The notes below the pieces were generated by a model. It did no database searches, was not told the origin of the DNA, and saw only the letters and a list, made by a program, of their open reading frames with translations. DNA of 62,301 nucleotides, counting the filler, from Nemertoderma westbladi (Eukaryota; Animalia; Xenacoelomorpha), in assembly GCA_032718475.1 (NCBI GenBank). It is 3 parts of 3 records of this genome, joined end to end, with 100 filler letters (N's around TTAATTAATTAA, not from the genome) between each part and the next. Parts side by side here need not be neighbours in the genome. Positions count along the whole stretch, not along the records: positions 1 to 22,793 come from JAUCBJ010008925.1; 2 more parts are not named here. One strand, 5' to 3'. Numbering within the stretch: the stretch's first letter is position 1; each line of letters begins with the position of its first letter. This document shows positions 1 through 12,064 of the stretch, in pieces. The translations under genes and the position numbers were made by a program.

Positions 1-1301
1 GCGGCTCTCCGTTCTGCTTCTGCCACTGCCTTTGCTGCTTTTGCATCTGCCGCCGCTGCCTTTCCTTTTGCTTCTGCTTCTGCCGCTGCTGCCTTTCTTT
101 CTGCTTCTGCTTCTGCCGTAGCCGCCGCCTTTTGTTCCTCTATCCTTATTTTCTTTATTTGTTCTTCTCGGACTCTAGTGAGGCGGAGTTTTTCATCACA
201 TTCAGCTTGGTTTGCAGCTAACATTTCGGCATCGATTGAGTCCAACACAAGCTTGGTTCCTTCACTATTAGGGGAAAGTCCAGACAGCCGTCTCCTCAAC
301 TCTTCGTCTCCTAGGAATCGCTGATAGTCGGACAAATAAATGTCAATAGCGTCTCTAGTTCGCGGTTCCTCGGCGGCCTCTTCGCTTTTCGCTTGAGAAA
401 GGGTGACATCAGTTGGTTGTTCATAGGTTGATCTCTCAGCCAGCTGGGATTTCCACTGGGCCGTTTCCTGTACTTTGAGATCTACCCGATGTAGCCAAGT
501 TTTGACAGCAACCTGCAGCGACGTGTCCTGTCTTCTTTTGGAAGTTTCCTCAAAGGCTGAGAGGATTAGTCGTATGCGTAGGGTTCTTTCGCGTATTTGA
601 TATAGCAGGTCTTCCTGCTCTTGAGGTCCGTGAGGTTGTCGAAACAGTTGTTCTTCCAATCGATCCAAGGATCCGAAGAATCCCTGCACATATCCTGCTG
701 CCGACCTCTTCCAAACAGCTGGATCCATTGTATCTTTAGCCACTCCCATCCTGTGTATATCTTCCCAAGTAGCCTCGGACAGATCCAACGGAAGTCCGAG
801 TCCGGGAAAGTTCCATTGTGATTCAACAATAGATATCAATTCTTCCCTGGCGTATCCCGCGTAATTATCTTGGGTCGCTCGCTTATTCTTCGCCCAGTCG
901 GCTTGATGTTCCTCCACCGCAATGAATATAGTAGTTAGCACTGCAGCAGGAAGAGTAAGAAGGGGGTCCGAGTAGACTGTATCAGCCATCTGCACTCCAT
1001 GTTCGGGAGTCAGCTCTACAGTATCCGAACTGCTGGAGCTATCGGGTCGCTGGGAAGTAGGTTCTTGACCAAGATGTTGCTGCGATAGGACAACTGCCTC
1101 TTGGTCCCGTTTTACCTGTGCCCGAGTGCCTATGATGGACCTATGGTGGACTAGCCTAGGGTCTGATACTACTGGAGGGATGACCTTTTTTACAGCAGGA
1201 GGTGAGCCGAACTCCTTTCTTATTCGCTCCACACTCCTATCTGAATCACAGATAGTTGTATCGATCAGACTGTCTGACAGGTTTTGCTGAGTGTCAGACA
1301 T
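1..1301 (-). CDS. Partial orphan ORF (>=433 aa, runs off window edge), probable gag/ORF1 of the LTR-like element
   Basis: ATG at 1301 (MSDTQQNLSDSLIDTT...) stays open to position 1 by manual translation; absent from the ORF track because there is no stop. Ends in an Ala/Glu/Lys-rich coiled-coil-like run (EEQKAAATAEAEAERKAAAAEAEAKGK). Intronless, and reads away from the LTR-like unit at 3467-4677. No recognisable domain is visible. Confidence 0.6.
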   Translation of the reverse strand, partial: MSDTQQNLSDSLIDTTICDSDRSVERIRKEFGSPPAVKKVIPPVVSDPRLVHHRSIIGTRAQVKRDQEAVVLSQQHLGQEPTSQRPDSSSSSDTVELTPEHGVQMADTVYSDPLLTLPAAVLTTIFIAVEEHQADWAKNKRATQDNYAGYAREELISIVESQWNFPGLGLPLDLSEATWEDIHRMGVAKDTMDPAVWKRSAAGYVQGFFGSLDRLEEQLFRQPHGPQEQEDLLYQIRERTLRIRLILSAFEETSKRRQDTSLQVAVKTWLHRVDLKVQETAQWKSQLAERSTYEQPTDVTLSQAKSEEAAEEPRTRDAIDIYLSDYQRFLGDEELRRRLSGLSPNSEGTKLVLDSIDAEMLAANQAECDEKLRLTRVREEQIKKIRIEEQKAAATAEAEAERKAAAAEAEAKGKAAAADAKAAKAVAEAERRA

Positions 1302-1404
1302 GTTTGGTTATACAGTTGAATGTCTACTACTATAGTTTCAGTTAAAGCAAGTCTAGTAATTCAGTATAACCACTGGCCTAGTACCGGTAATTTATTGCAG
1401 TATA

Positions 1405-1670
1405 TTAGAATACCGGTATGCACTTATAATATATATAAGTATTGTGAACTAGGTTTGTCACAGAGTACCGGTATATAAATTTAGCACAGCTATATATAAA
1501 TATATAATAGGCCTATCGTGAATACCGGTATACAGTTTACACTTATAGTACTGTAGTATATATAAGTATAATTATGACCTAGAATTAATTACAGAGTACC
1601 GGTATGATTTCAGCTCAAATTTATAGAAATAAATATAATAAGCCTATAGTAAGTACCGGTATGTCACTTA
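1405..1670. repeat. Degenerate ~110-130 bp direct repeats in the putative retroelement leader
   Basis: Recurring blocks GAATACCGGTA..CACTTATA..TATATAAGTA..ACAGAGTACCGGTAT..AAATATATAATAG(G)CCTAT. Confidence 0.55.
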
Positions 1671-2644
1671 TTTTTAGAATAATTGAATTCCTGAATATTT
1701 TAAGGTTACTTGGTTACTTTAACTTACTTTATTACCGTTATTTAAGCAGTAGTCCAACTGATATTGAGACCTAGTTGTTGTATGGCAGGCCTACTATTTA
1801 TAAATCGTTTGAGTTGATTTATAATAGATATATACCCGTTTAAATGGGTTTTTTGTCAATATTTGAAATAAATGTTATTATTTATGGGGGAGTCACTACA
1901 CAGAAGCTGTGCGCTCTCAGTGAAGTGCTATTTATTTGACACTAAAACTGATAATTCTAATTTACCTAAGTTACTTAATACTACAAATTACTTACGATAT
2001 TGGTGAGATTAATTCTCTAATTAAACACAACAAAATATTACGTACGAATTTTTTAGGGTAATTTTACAGGAAGTCTACAAACCAGCCTAACAAAGGGTTA
2101 GATTTCTGGTTATTACAACGGACAGGGTACTACGGTATTTGAAATAATAAGTAGTAGTAAATATATTGTACTGTCCAGATAGGAAAATACCACCGCCTGA
2201 CGACCTATAACCGTATCGCTATAGGTACTACGTTATGTATCACGGATTGTTCCTACCCAGAAGCTAATAGAGCTAACGAATGTGCCTATCAACCACTTTA
2301 CAACACAAATATACTGCCTACACTAATTACTTCGGAAAGCACTGTACACTAAACCCTAAATTAGGTACAAGTACCGGTATAACAAATAATCAGTAGTTAA
2401 ATATACTTGAACAGTTAAAAGAACCACGGCATCTGCTGGAGTGACCGAAGCACAAAATCTCCAGTCTTTACCTACGCCGAGCAGCCCTGATGTAGTACCG
2501 GGGTTAGTTTAACTATAACGGTATGTATAACAAGCACAATTACTGTAGGAATAAACTTGGGGACATGAATGTTGCGAATAATCGCATAAACTCTGAATAA
2601 TAAATATTACGCTACCCGTACAGAATACTCAAACAGAATACAAA

Positions 2645-3165
2645 CCAAACGCTGGCAGACTACTATCAAGCCTAAACAAACTACAGTATGTGCAGATTCT
2701 GAAACTGTTAGTTAGTATGCGTTCTAACACGGTAGTACGACTTACTCTTTAAGAGGGGATTGACCTTACAGCATATGGCTGCCCCAACTTACTAACGGCA
2801 CTTGATCAGACCAACTCTACACACGCAGCAATCCCTTCAGGCCTAAGAATAGCTAGACAACAATCTAGCCTACAAAATATCTGAGTAATAACTATTACGG
2901 TATCTGAACAGACCACACAAACAAACACAGGCTAAAACACTGGCAGACTACGATCAAGCCTAAATAAACTACAGTATATGCAGATTCTGAAACAGTTAGT
3001 TAGTATGCGTTCTAACACGGTAGTACGACTTATTCTTTAAGAGGGGATTGACCTTACCGCATATGGCTGCCCCAACTTACTAACGGCACTTTATCAGACA
3101 AACTCTACACACGCCGTAATCTCTTCAAACTCAACAACAGTCAGACAGCAGCTCAGCCTACAATT
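2645..3165. repeat. Tandem duplication, period 288 bp
   Basis: CTGGCAGACTAC(T/G)ATCAAGCCTAAA... starts at 2652 and 2940 and is near-identical over ~190 bp. Confidence 0.9.
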
Positions 3166-3466
3166 ATATGAACAATCTGAGCAGACTTACACGTCTTCAG
3201 CTCAATATTAACTTACTAGGAAATAAAACCGACAGAAATAAGTAGAATCTCAATAAAAATTCAGGGTTGCAGTCCCTGATTAAGTACTAAGACCTACCGG
3301 TATACAATAATCAAATCGAATAATACTAAATGTACTTGTGCAGCAGTACCGGTACTGGTGATGACAGTTAGGCCTACTGACCTACAAAAGTACCGGTTCA
3401 GTTTTACCAGTCACTACGGTATTTTGCAACCCTATTGCCTACTGCAATAAGATTATAAACTGTTAC

Positions 3467-4677
3467 TGTTCGCGCTTTTGAAGACCTTTAGCAGTTGCCA
3501 GTTTAACCTGCCAAAATTTATATGTCTTTTAGTTAATTAAAACACCTTTAGCATACGACAACAATTTATGCTAATACACAAAACATTAGCTGAAGTCAGC
3601 CCATGCGCGATCATTCACCCGATGGATCTACACCCGGGAGGCTGAATTCGGATGCTTAAATTTTATTATTGCAGTGTAAGGTTGCAGTGTAAACTTACTG
3701 TATTATTCGATAGATCGTTAATAATTAATCTCTGACAGATATTATTGGCTTTCGGGAAATATTAACAGTTCCTTTAGGACGTGGCGCTCTATCTATTTAA
3801 ACAGAACTAGGACTTATACTAAACGCAACGATACTGCTTATGATTAAAGTATAAAGCGTATTCTTTAGGAAATACTTTGTTACCAATCACAATCATACAC
3901 ACTATTCTGCCGACCGTCAGTATATTTGATCACACATAAAGAGAGCAGTAATTGACTCATGTAGGGTCTGCTAAATAACATTAGATTCAATACACACCAC
4001 ATTAATATAAATCGCAATTGTTATATATAGCCCGCCTCTCTAACCTGTAGTGTATCAAGAAAATTGGGAAATTTGGGTGATTTATCCGTATTATCCAAAG
4101 AGCAATATTTCCATCAACAAATAGGTACAATTAATAACTGACAGTAAAATAACAGTACAAACAATATGATTAATGCAGTTAAATTAAGTGAGTATGTTAA
4201 GATGCGATTCGGTTGATTAGGTAACAGTTTATACTTTCGATAATTTAAGCAGTTTTACTAGAGTTCTTCCCAAAAAGCCGGTGTTATGGCGAAAAATGGG
4301 AACATAACAACAGAATCATATAAAATCATATGACTACTACCACTATACGAGTATACCAAAAACCCTTATTCCACGAAGCCCCGTTCAACACAGAGGATGA
4401 GCATAGAGATAGGAAATTCAGTTCAGTAGCGCTGGGATAGGTCGAAATCAACGCCTACGCAAATTCTATTGGCCGACACGAACAGCAAGGCTAAGGCAAC
4501 CTCTCTAAGCTAGTTGGCCGATTAAACTGAGCCCAGATATCTCCGTACAGCACATCAGCCAATAAGCTGGTAGCTTGCACTATTTTAGTTATAAATCCCT
4601 TTGAGAGTATTCTAGCGACTGGGGGGGAACTGGCCAGCAAAGGCAAACGTATCAGTTATCCCACAAAAGCTTTTACA
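3467..4677 (-). mobile_element. LTR-like unit, copy 1 (~1.21 kb)
   Basis: Bounded by TGTTCGCGC...GCTTTTACA (TG..CA). Colinear but diverged homolog at 18881-20058. Several CCAAT/ATTGG boxes near the minus-strand 5' end and a minus-strand AATAAA near 3662. Confidence 0.7.
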
Positions 4678-4719
4678 CTCTCTCCATAGAAACCAAGATA
4701 AAAAATATCAGATCACTGC

Positions 4720-4760
4720 GTAGTGACGTCAAATATGTAGCAGCCAATCACAGCCGATTT
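4720..4760 (+). promoter_or_regulatory. Candidate promoter of the 5-exon gene (CRE + CCAAT box)
   Basis: TGACGTCA at 4724-4731 and AGCCAATCA (CCAAT 4744-4748), about 200 bp upstream of the predicted ATG at 4962. Confidence 0.45.
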
Positions 4761-4961
4761 TCAAAATTGGCTTCCCGGGCTTACTTAAACCCGCCATTTC
4801 GACCCTTTCCACGTGTTTTTATAAAAAAAACACACCCTGCCACTCGATTCAGGGCACCTTGTTACCACTTATTCATTTGTTTCAAGCCCAACAATTTTTT
4901 CGCTCACCAATCCTATTACCGTCGGCGGTGTGGCAGTCATAGGGCCGAGGGGAGTTGGTTA

Positions 4962-7900
4962 ATGAGGTGAGCCCGTGGCCGATTGCTCATCAGCTTAAAC
5001 TTACCCTTCCAGATCGAGATATGGGGTGGTAGTTTCGTCTCAATCTGTCAATCAAAATTCTCTCCAGGGCGAAATCGAGGCAAATAACAGCTGATTACTC
5101 CCAAAAATATAAACTGTAGGCCTACCCTGTTATAATGACTTTCGTTTATTGTTTTGGTTAGAATGACGCGCCACTGTAACCCACGAATTTCCCTTAATCG
5201 ATAATTTAACATTGAGGCGGGATATCATTTCGCCGAGTCGGGATCCGCGTAGGGCCTACAGTTCCCCTCTTCAAAATATTATTAAAAATATTTCTTGTCA
5301 AAATATTATTGACTTTGTTGTTTGTTGAGCATATGGGCCTGTAATTCATTAATATGAAACTTAATGCTACCGACTTGCGATCAATAATCATTATAATTGA
5401 GCTCAACGTTTCTGAGCCTTGCAACTCCGTTTCGAATACAATAGAGCCAGGCCAACAAATCATTGCATTTTAATTATGATTTCCTTTAATGGTATTGGCG
5501 GTTGGGCTGCCATGTGCAGTGCACTGCGTTGCTACAAACACAACAACTCAATGTTAATATAGTTAATGAATTTATCCCATAAAAACCAGTTTACGTTGCC
5601 AAACTTTTGACTTGTTATACAAAAGTCGTCAACATTACACTTATTAATTAGTCTATCATAATTTGATGTGAGACGCTTTTTCGGTTCAACGTTTATTTAT
5701 TTATAATTTTCTGGCCTCTAATAGATAATTATGTACTTCCATATTAGTCGCCCGGCCTCGCCAGATTTCTACACCTGGGAGGAGTTGAGGTGTTTGGCGA
5801 AGGCCTTCGGGTTTACTTACACAGTGTTCGAAGATTGTTTCCCCAAGAAAACAGACTGCAGGGGATGGAATGAAAAAGGTAAAATCTTTACGCCACTAAT
5901 TGAATGCCATCCCAAATTAGATGATATTTTTTGAAGCACCAATTCACATCCCCCAATTTTGAATATCCATCTCACCAAAAACAATTATTCATCCCCAAAA
6001 ACATTTATTCATTCCCTAAAAACAATTACTGTTTCCCCAAAAACAATTATTCATCCCCCAGAAACAATTATTGATTCCCCAAAAACAATTATTCGTCCCC
6101 CAAAAACAATTATTCATCCCCCAAAAACAATTATTCATTCCCAAAAAGAATTATTGTTTCCCCAAAAACAATTAGGCCTATTCATCCCCCAAAAACAATT
6201 ATTCGTCCCCCAAAAACAATTATTCATCCCCCAAAAAGCCTATTACATATTCTGTTATTAGGATTCAGTATTACGGCAGTACTGTTATTAGGATTCAGTA
6301 TTACGGCAGTTGGCCTACTGTTATTAGGTTTCAGTATTACGGCAGTGCTAAAGTTTTTGTCTAACTTCCAGGAATTGCTAGGCCTATTGCTGCAGTAGCA
6401 GTAGTAATTATTTTGGGCGAAAATGTATTTGTTTTGGGAAAATTTGTAATTATTTTGGGGGTTTTGTGATTTATTTTGATGCTAATAATTGGTTTTGCGG
6501 AGCATTTATTTACTTTGGTATTGAATAATTGTTTTTAGTGTTGAAAAATTTATTTTGGTTTTTTTAATAATTTTATTTGGGGTGACTTTTATTTTATTTG
6601 GTGTAAAATAATTTTTTTTGGTGAAATTTTCATCAAATTTGGGATGACTTTAATTGGTAGCCAAATCGTTTTTACAGTTACACTGTTAGGGGGAGGGGGG
6701 GGGTAGACGGTTTTATGGCTTGTTTTCAAAAAAAAAATATATTTCACATAGAGCTAAATTCTATCAAGATTCTAAATTTGAACCGTTTAGAAAAATCTCT
6801 TTGACTTCTCGACTTATGTGTATGTACTGTCCGTCCTTTTGACTGTCTGTCTGTCCGTCAGTGTGTCTCCAAAATAATTAAAGCAAACTATATGTATAAA
6901 ATATTCCCTATATCTGTTTTCTTGGTCGGTGACTTCATTACCAATGTCACTATATAAATTTGGCGTCATCGTTTCTGAGTGTATGCCGGTCAGTCTGTCC
7001 GTCAAAATACAATCAACAGCTTGACAACCAAACAAACAATTTGTATGACATAAAATGTTAAATTTGCAACTCGAAATGAATTCTGCGACCAAGAAAACCA
7101 TAGTTAAATTTTTAGCTAGATGGTGTGCCCATTAACAATTCATTTAAATTTGACGGACAGATTCTGGGATAGTCAGATAGACCGAGAGACAGACAAAACG
7201 CTTCTTGTCTAATAAATTTAATTCCATACAAATAAATAATAACAATGTACAATAAATTCAACCACAACACCCAACACAAAAGTATAAACGCCGCAGATAG
7301 ACAATCAGACTAACTATAGATTTCATTAAAAGTGATAACTGACCTCAGAATTGAAATCAGCGACCAGGAAAACCCCCATAGAAAAAATCTTAGCGTGGAT
7401 TTGTGCTTTCTTGTTGCTACTGTAATTATTATTAGTTAGTTTATTAATTATTAATGTAGTTGCTACTGACAGACATTTTAAATATCATCAGATTTTTACG
7501 CGGAGAGGTTCAAACTTTAACTGCGTTTTTTTGAAACCCTAAAGTAAATTTTTGCACAAAAATGCTAAACTTTTCCCGTATTTATGAACCTTTTCTACTG
7601 AAATTTTGTCCCGTTTATCGCAATGACCTTCTCTAAAAGACTGTTTAGACGGATTTCTGAAATTTTGACAAGAAGACTGTTTTACAACATTTTTCAGAAA
7701 TTTTTTATAAAAAATGCAAAAATATGCAATAGAAATTGACTCTTAGGCCTACGTCTCCTGAACCCACATGTCAACTGTCAAGTACCAACTTTTAACGGCA
7801 TAAACTTAATATTAAAGGGCAAGGAGCATTTTTAATTTTTAGTTAATAATTTATTAATGAATTAATTATATTTAATAATTAAAATAAAAAATGTTTCCTT

Positions 7901-10900
7901 ATAAATTATGTTTTTTGGTATACCTGGCACACAGACCAAAAATTTAAATTTGTTCGAATCTAACGAAGCTAAAAGAAAACACAAAACCGTGTACAACCAC
8001 ACCCCCTCCCCCCCCCCCCCCCCCCCCCCTGAAAGTAGGCCTACTCCCATTTCCAATGGTTAATCTCTAAATAAAAAAAATCTGTCATGACTTTTGCTCT
8101 ATTTATTTTAGGAATTACAAAGTCGGAGTTTTTCAAACAGATGGAGCAGAAGAGATTTAATGACCCTCTAGACTGGACTGTAAACAGTTACTCAGCCGAG
8201 TACAACTGTCACGTGGCGACTGTTGGCCTGGAACTATTAACCAATCCAAACATATCGTTTGAGCTGCTCTACAATACTAGACTTAGCTTCAAAACATACC
8301 AACCGGACGACCACAAGGGCATTCAGGCGGACTCAGGTATTATTCGGTTTAATATAATTATCGTCAGAACGACCAAAAGTGTTACGAAATAGGCCTACAT
8401 GCTGCACGTCTATTTTCATACATTATTTTTGAATTGTCACACTAAATTACCGCTTACTGTAGTCTATATTTCATGCTTTGACTGTACTTTCTGAGATATC
8501 GCCTATTAAAATGTAACTGATTGATTTGAATTAATTCTGGGATTTTCATGAAAATTGAGTGCGCAAAAATTTCGTCTGTTTGATATTATTAAAGTTGTTC
8601 TCTGATCCAGAATTTCATTATGAAAGTGTGATATGTGGCTTAAAAACAATAAATATAATTTTAATACGATACAGTAAAATATATAATATTGAAAAGTCTT
8701 ATTTTACACATATTATGTCTATTTGTTTCTTATGTCCACCAGTTAAGTTCATAGCATCATATAGTTTGTTACAAAGTGAGTATTGTTTTATTTTTAGCTA
8801 TTTTAATTACGGCGTTAAAAATGTGCGAAATGGCTGTGGCATCTTCTAAGTTGAAACACCATCTGAAACAGATAAAACCGAAACTAGCTGAACCAGGACG
8901 TCTGCAGCTCTATGAATATCTCAATCTTTTGTTATTGTGTTGCCATAGTGACGGGGTTGCTGTGGTAAGGAACGTTCATTCGGCGACTGGTGTCACACGT
9001 TTGGGAATATATAAGTTGGATAATTTCAACGAAATTTTATCAACAGTCGACCAGAGAATAAAGACATATTTGGATGACCAGCACAGGTAACTGGACCCTT
9101 CGCAGAATGTTCGTACAATAATTCAGAAATTTCAGAAAATTTTATGATTTAATTAAATTAAACTTTGATCAATTAAATATTTGTAATAAATAAAATTTCA
9201 CAAAATAATATTATTCTTATATAATATTGCTAATTGTTCGCTCGAATATAACCCTACTACTACTACTACTACTACTACTACTAGGATCGGCATGCTGCAT
9301 TGCAGCTGCATTTTTAAGAATGCTGTGCCGGCTTGTCAACAAAATTGCACCGCCACAACTCCCTATCACCAATGACATTTGCTAGATCATCCGCATCTTT
9401 AAGGCCAGTGTGCTTTAAGATGCGTCTCAAGAAAGTCATGGGCTGTCCACCATGCTTATTCACTCCATGAGGCTGCCAAAGTACAAGATTATGCACTGGT
9501 TGGTCCTCACGGCGAAAGCAATGTCCTGCAAAGCGGAGGCGATTTTGTTCTAGTGTCAAGCTTGGGGGAACCAATGAGACACCTCCAATGTTATATAGTG
9601 TCTGGTTGGAGATGTGTGCATTGTACTTGACACAATGAACCCGGCGTAGCATTCTTGTGAATGTGCCATCCAGAGATTTGGTGTCCTCAGCAGTTAGAGA
9701 CCAGCATGGACTCCCATAGAGGAGTACTGGAACTACTGCTGCTCTAAATAATCGGACCTTAAGTTTCCGATTAATTCTCGGTGACTTCCAAATCCTGGAA
9801 AGCCTATTCAAGGCTGCCCATGCCTTTCCCTTACGTATTCGAAGGTCCTCACCTGACTTCCGGATCCATGATCCCAGGTAACAGAAGTCGTCCACATGCT
9901 CAAGCATACCATCCTTTGAGCTTATGCTCATCCGATCAGAGACTTGCTGAGGACTTTGCAAAGTTAACGGTCAGAATTTTGGTCTTTCTGGAGTTAATAA
10001 AAAGACCAACACTAGAAGCAGCATGTTCTAATGAGCTGAGGAGCCGTTGGGCTCCCTCTAGTGATTCTGAGAGTACTCCTAAGTCATCAGCAAAGTCTAG
10101 ATCAGTTAGGTACTTGGCAGGATTTCCTCGACTTCTGGAGCCAGTAGGTGGAGTTATCATCACTCCATCATCATCGGAAGGAAAGGTGTACTTCTTTCCC
10201 TTGGGAAAAAGTAAAACATATGGTTGCTTAGATTTTACTTTTTAACCCGGCGATAAAAGTAAAATAAAAAATTTTGATGAAATTTCTTAAACTTTATTAC
10301 ATGTGTTGAAACGTAGCAGAAAAGGTTTGCACGCGATTTGAGCAATATCCTCATGCACATTCTGCAATATGCACATTCTCAAAAGTTATTATAACTGTAG
10401 TTTCTTCTGTAGTTTCTATAAGTATATATTATTATAATAAAATATATACAATGAAAATAAAGATATATATTTTTTTTAAATATAACTGAATACATTATTA
10501 TTAAAGAATAGGCCCTATATCTTGTTACAATACAACTATTAATACTTTCTAAATTTTAGAATATTTTGTATTTGTTATCGAAATTTACTCATTATTAAAA
10601 ATTACAAATATATAATAATTTTGCTCGTGTTATTAATTTGTTATAGGTCTGATCGTTTAGAATATTTAGAGGCTTATAACAATATAAGTAGCAAAGAAAC
10701 AGTTCGCAAACCCATTCGAAGCTACACTGTTAACATGGACCCTAGACTGGAGCAGATGGACTCGCATCTCCCTAGTTACCGCATCATCCAATCAGAATTG
10801 AGGCGATATCGCCACGACATGATCCGAGTGAGTAGCGGTCGGATCAGACCCCGGCCGCTCACTGCTAGTTCCACCGACCAAATTCGCGGTCTCACCGCTG

Positions 10901-11415
10901 AGTGGCGTGATCGACATTCGGCGCAGACGCCGCTAATGTTCGCGGAACGACCACCCGTGCGCCCCCTAACGGCGACGCGACGCATTCACTCCGCGAAGAG
11001 CCTGCCGGCACGAATAGATTCGAGTTCGAGAATGCGGCTATCTACCTCGATAGTCCCGGAGTTGGTACCCCAATCCGCGGTCGACGAAACTCAACTCTCG
11101 ATAGACGCGACTCGATGCGACATCGAGTCCGCCGAGTCGGTAGCTAAGCAACGAGTGGTAGAAGAAGTCAAGTTTAATTGGCCGAAATCCTGGCGGAATA
11201 TAATCGAGAAACTCGAGGAGAACCTCCCTCGAGGTGCTACATGTCGCACCTCGCCGCCAGGGGGCGCCAGAGGCTCGTTGAGAAGACTCGACTCAACGAG
11301 CCGTTGGTTCAATCAATCCTCAACGAACTTTTCTAAAGTTCCCAAACACGATATCATCCTTCCATTGCGACCGGCAATGGGAGTAAAGAAACGACCCAAG
11401 TCCTCGTATGTGTAA
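4962..11415 (+). CDS. Uncharacterised 472-aa protein with degenerate EF-hand-like pair; join(4962..4966,5748..5878,8112..8336,8798..9086,10647..11415)
   Basis: All four introns are GT..AG (donors GTGAGC, GTAAAA, GTATTA, GTAACT) with matching phases 2,1,1,2. Spliced length 1419 nt gives MSRPASPDFYTWEELRCLAKAFG...NEKGITKSEFFKQM...FKTYQPDDHKGIQADSAILITALKMCEMAVASSKLKHHLKQIKPKLAEPGRLQLYEYLNLL...KKRPKSSYV*. AATAAA lies ~60 bp after the stop. Exon 1 is the least certain. Confidence 0.8.
5070..5162. repeat. Dispersed repeat fragment (second copy ~11706-11790)
   Basis: GCAAATAACAGCTGATTACTCC..AAAAT..GACTTTCGTTTATTGTTTTGGTTAGA is shared by both sites. Confidence 0.75.
5893..6662. mobile_element. Foldback/MITE-like element with internal ~21-bp subrepeats, in intron 2
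   Basis: Inverted ends CATCCCAAATTAGATGA / TCATCAAATTTGGGATG. Left arm is (CCCCAAAAACAATTATTCATC)n and the right arm is a decayed reverse complement. The centre holds three ~30-bp repeats (6252-6345). Confidence 0.7.
9254..10175 (-). mobile_element. 5'-truncated RTE-clade LINE (RT C-terminal half, frameshifted) in intron 4
   Basis: Motifs LTDLDFADDL, GLFINSRKTK, FCYLGSWI, LLYGSPCWSLT, RLRFAGHCFR; 3' tail (TAG)n after GCATGCCGATCC. Confidence 0.92.
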
Positions 11416-12064
11416 TTAATTATCGCAGTTAGAAAACTCCGCGCGTACGTCGTGTTCAATTGTCTTCTGATAATAAATTATTATAATAAATATTAACTAG
11501 CAAATTCAAAAGAATAATACAGTAATATTTAGCCTACATGATAACGCTGCTATCTGCTAACGTAAATACTACAGTATTACTTATTATTTCTAGAGTAAAA
11601 TTACTTCATAAAAGTAATTTTTAGGTGAAAAGAGCCAGATAGTTAGGGGGGGGGGGGGGGGGGGGCGGGACTTTCAACGCAATTAAATTGCATCCCTTGC
11701 CAGAGGAAATTCGACGCAAATAACAGCTGATTACTCCAAAAAATAAAACCGTATTTGTGCTATAGACTTTCGTTTATTGTTTTGGTTAGATTATCTTGCC
11801 AATGGCTCCCACCCCACCCCCTACTCTAGTTTCGAACAATAGGCCCCATTCTTTTATTTCGCCTCACCGAATTATTCTACTTCTAGGCTACTGTTATCAT
11901 AGACTGTAGGCCTACTACAACTAAACTTTACTAGAAAGCCAACAAGTTGGCTTCAAACGAACCTGCCTTAGAACTGTCTCTCAATTTAACAGAGAAAATA
12001 TTATAAACTCTTAACATAGCCTTAGAAGTATTGGTAGGCCTTAAGGATACATATTTTTACAGAA

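Noticed and set aside
5959-6261. PKTIIH-repeat ORF
   Set aside because: Translation of 21-bp foldback subrepeats inside an intron
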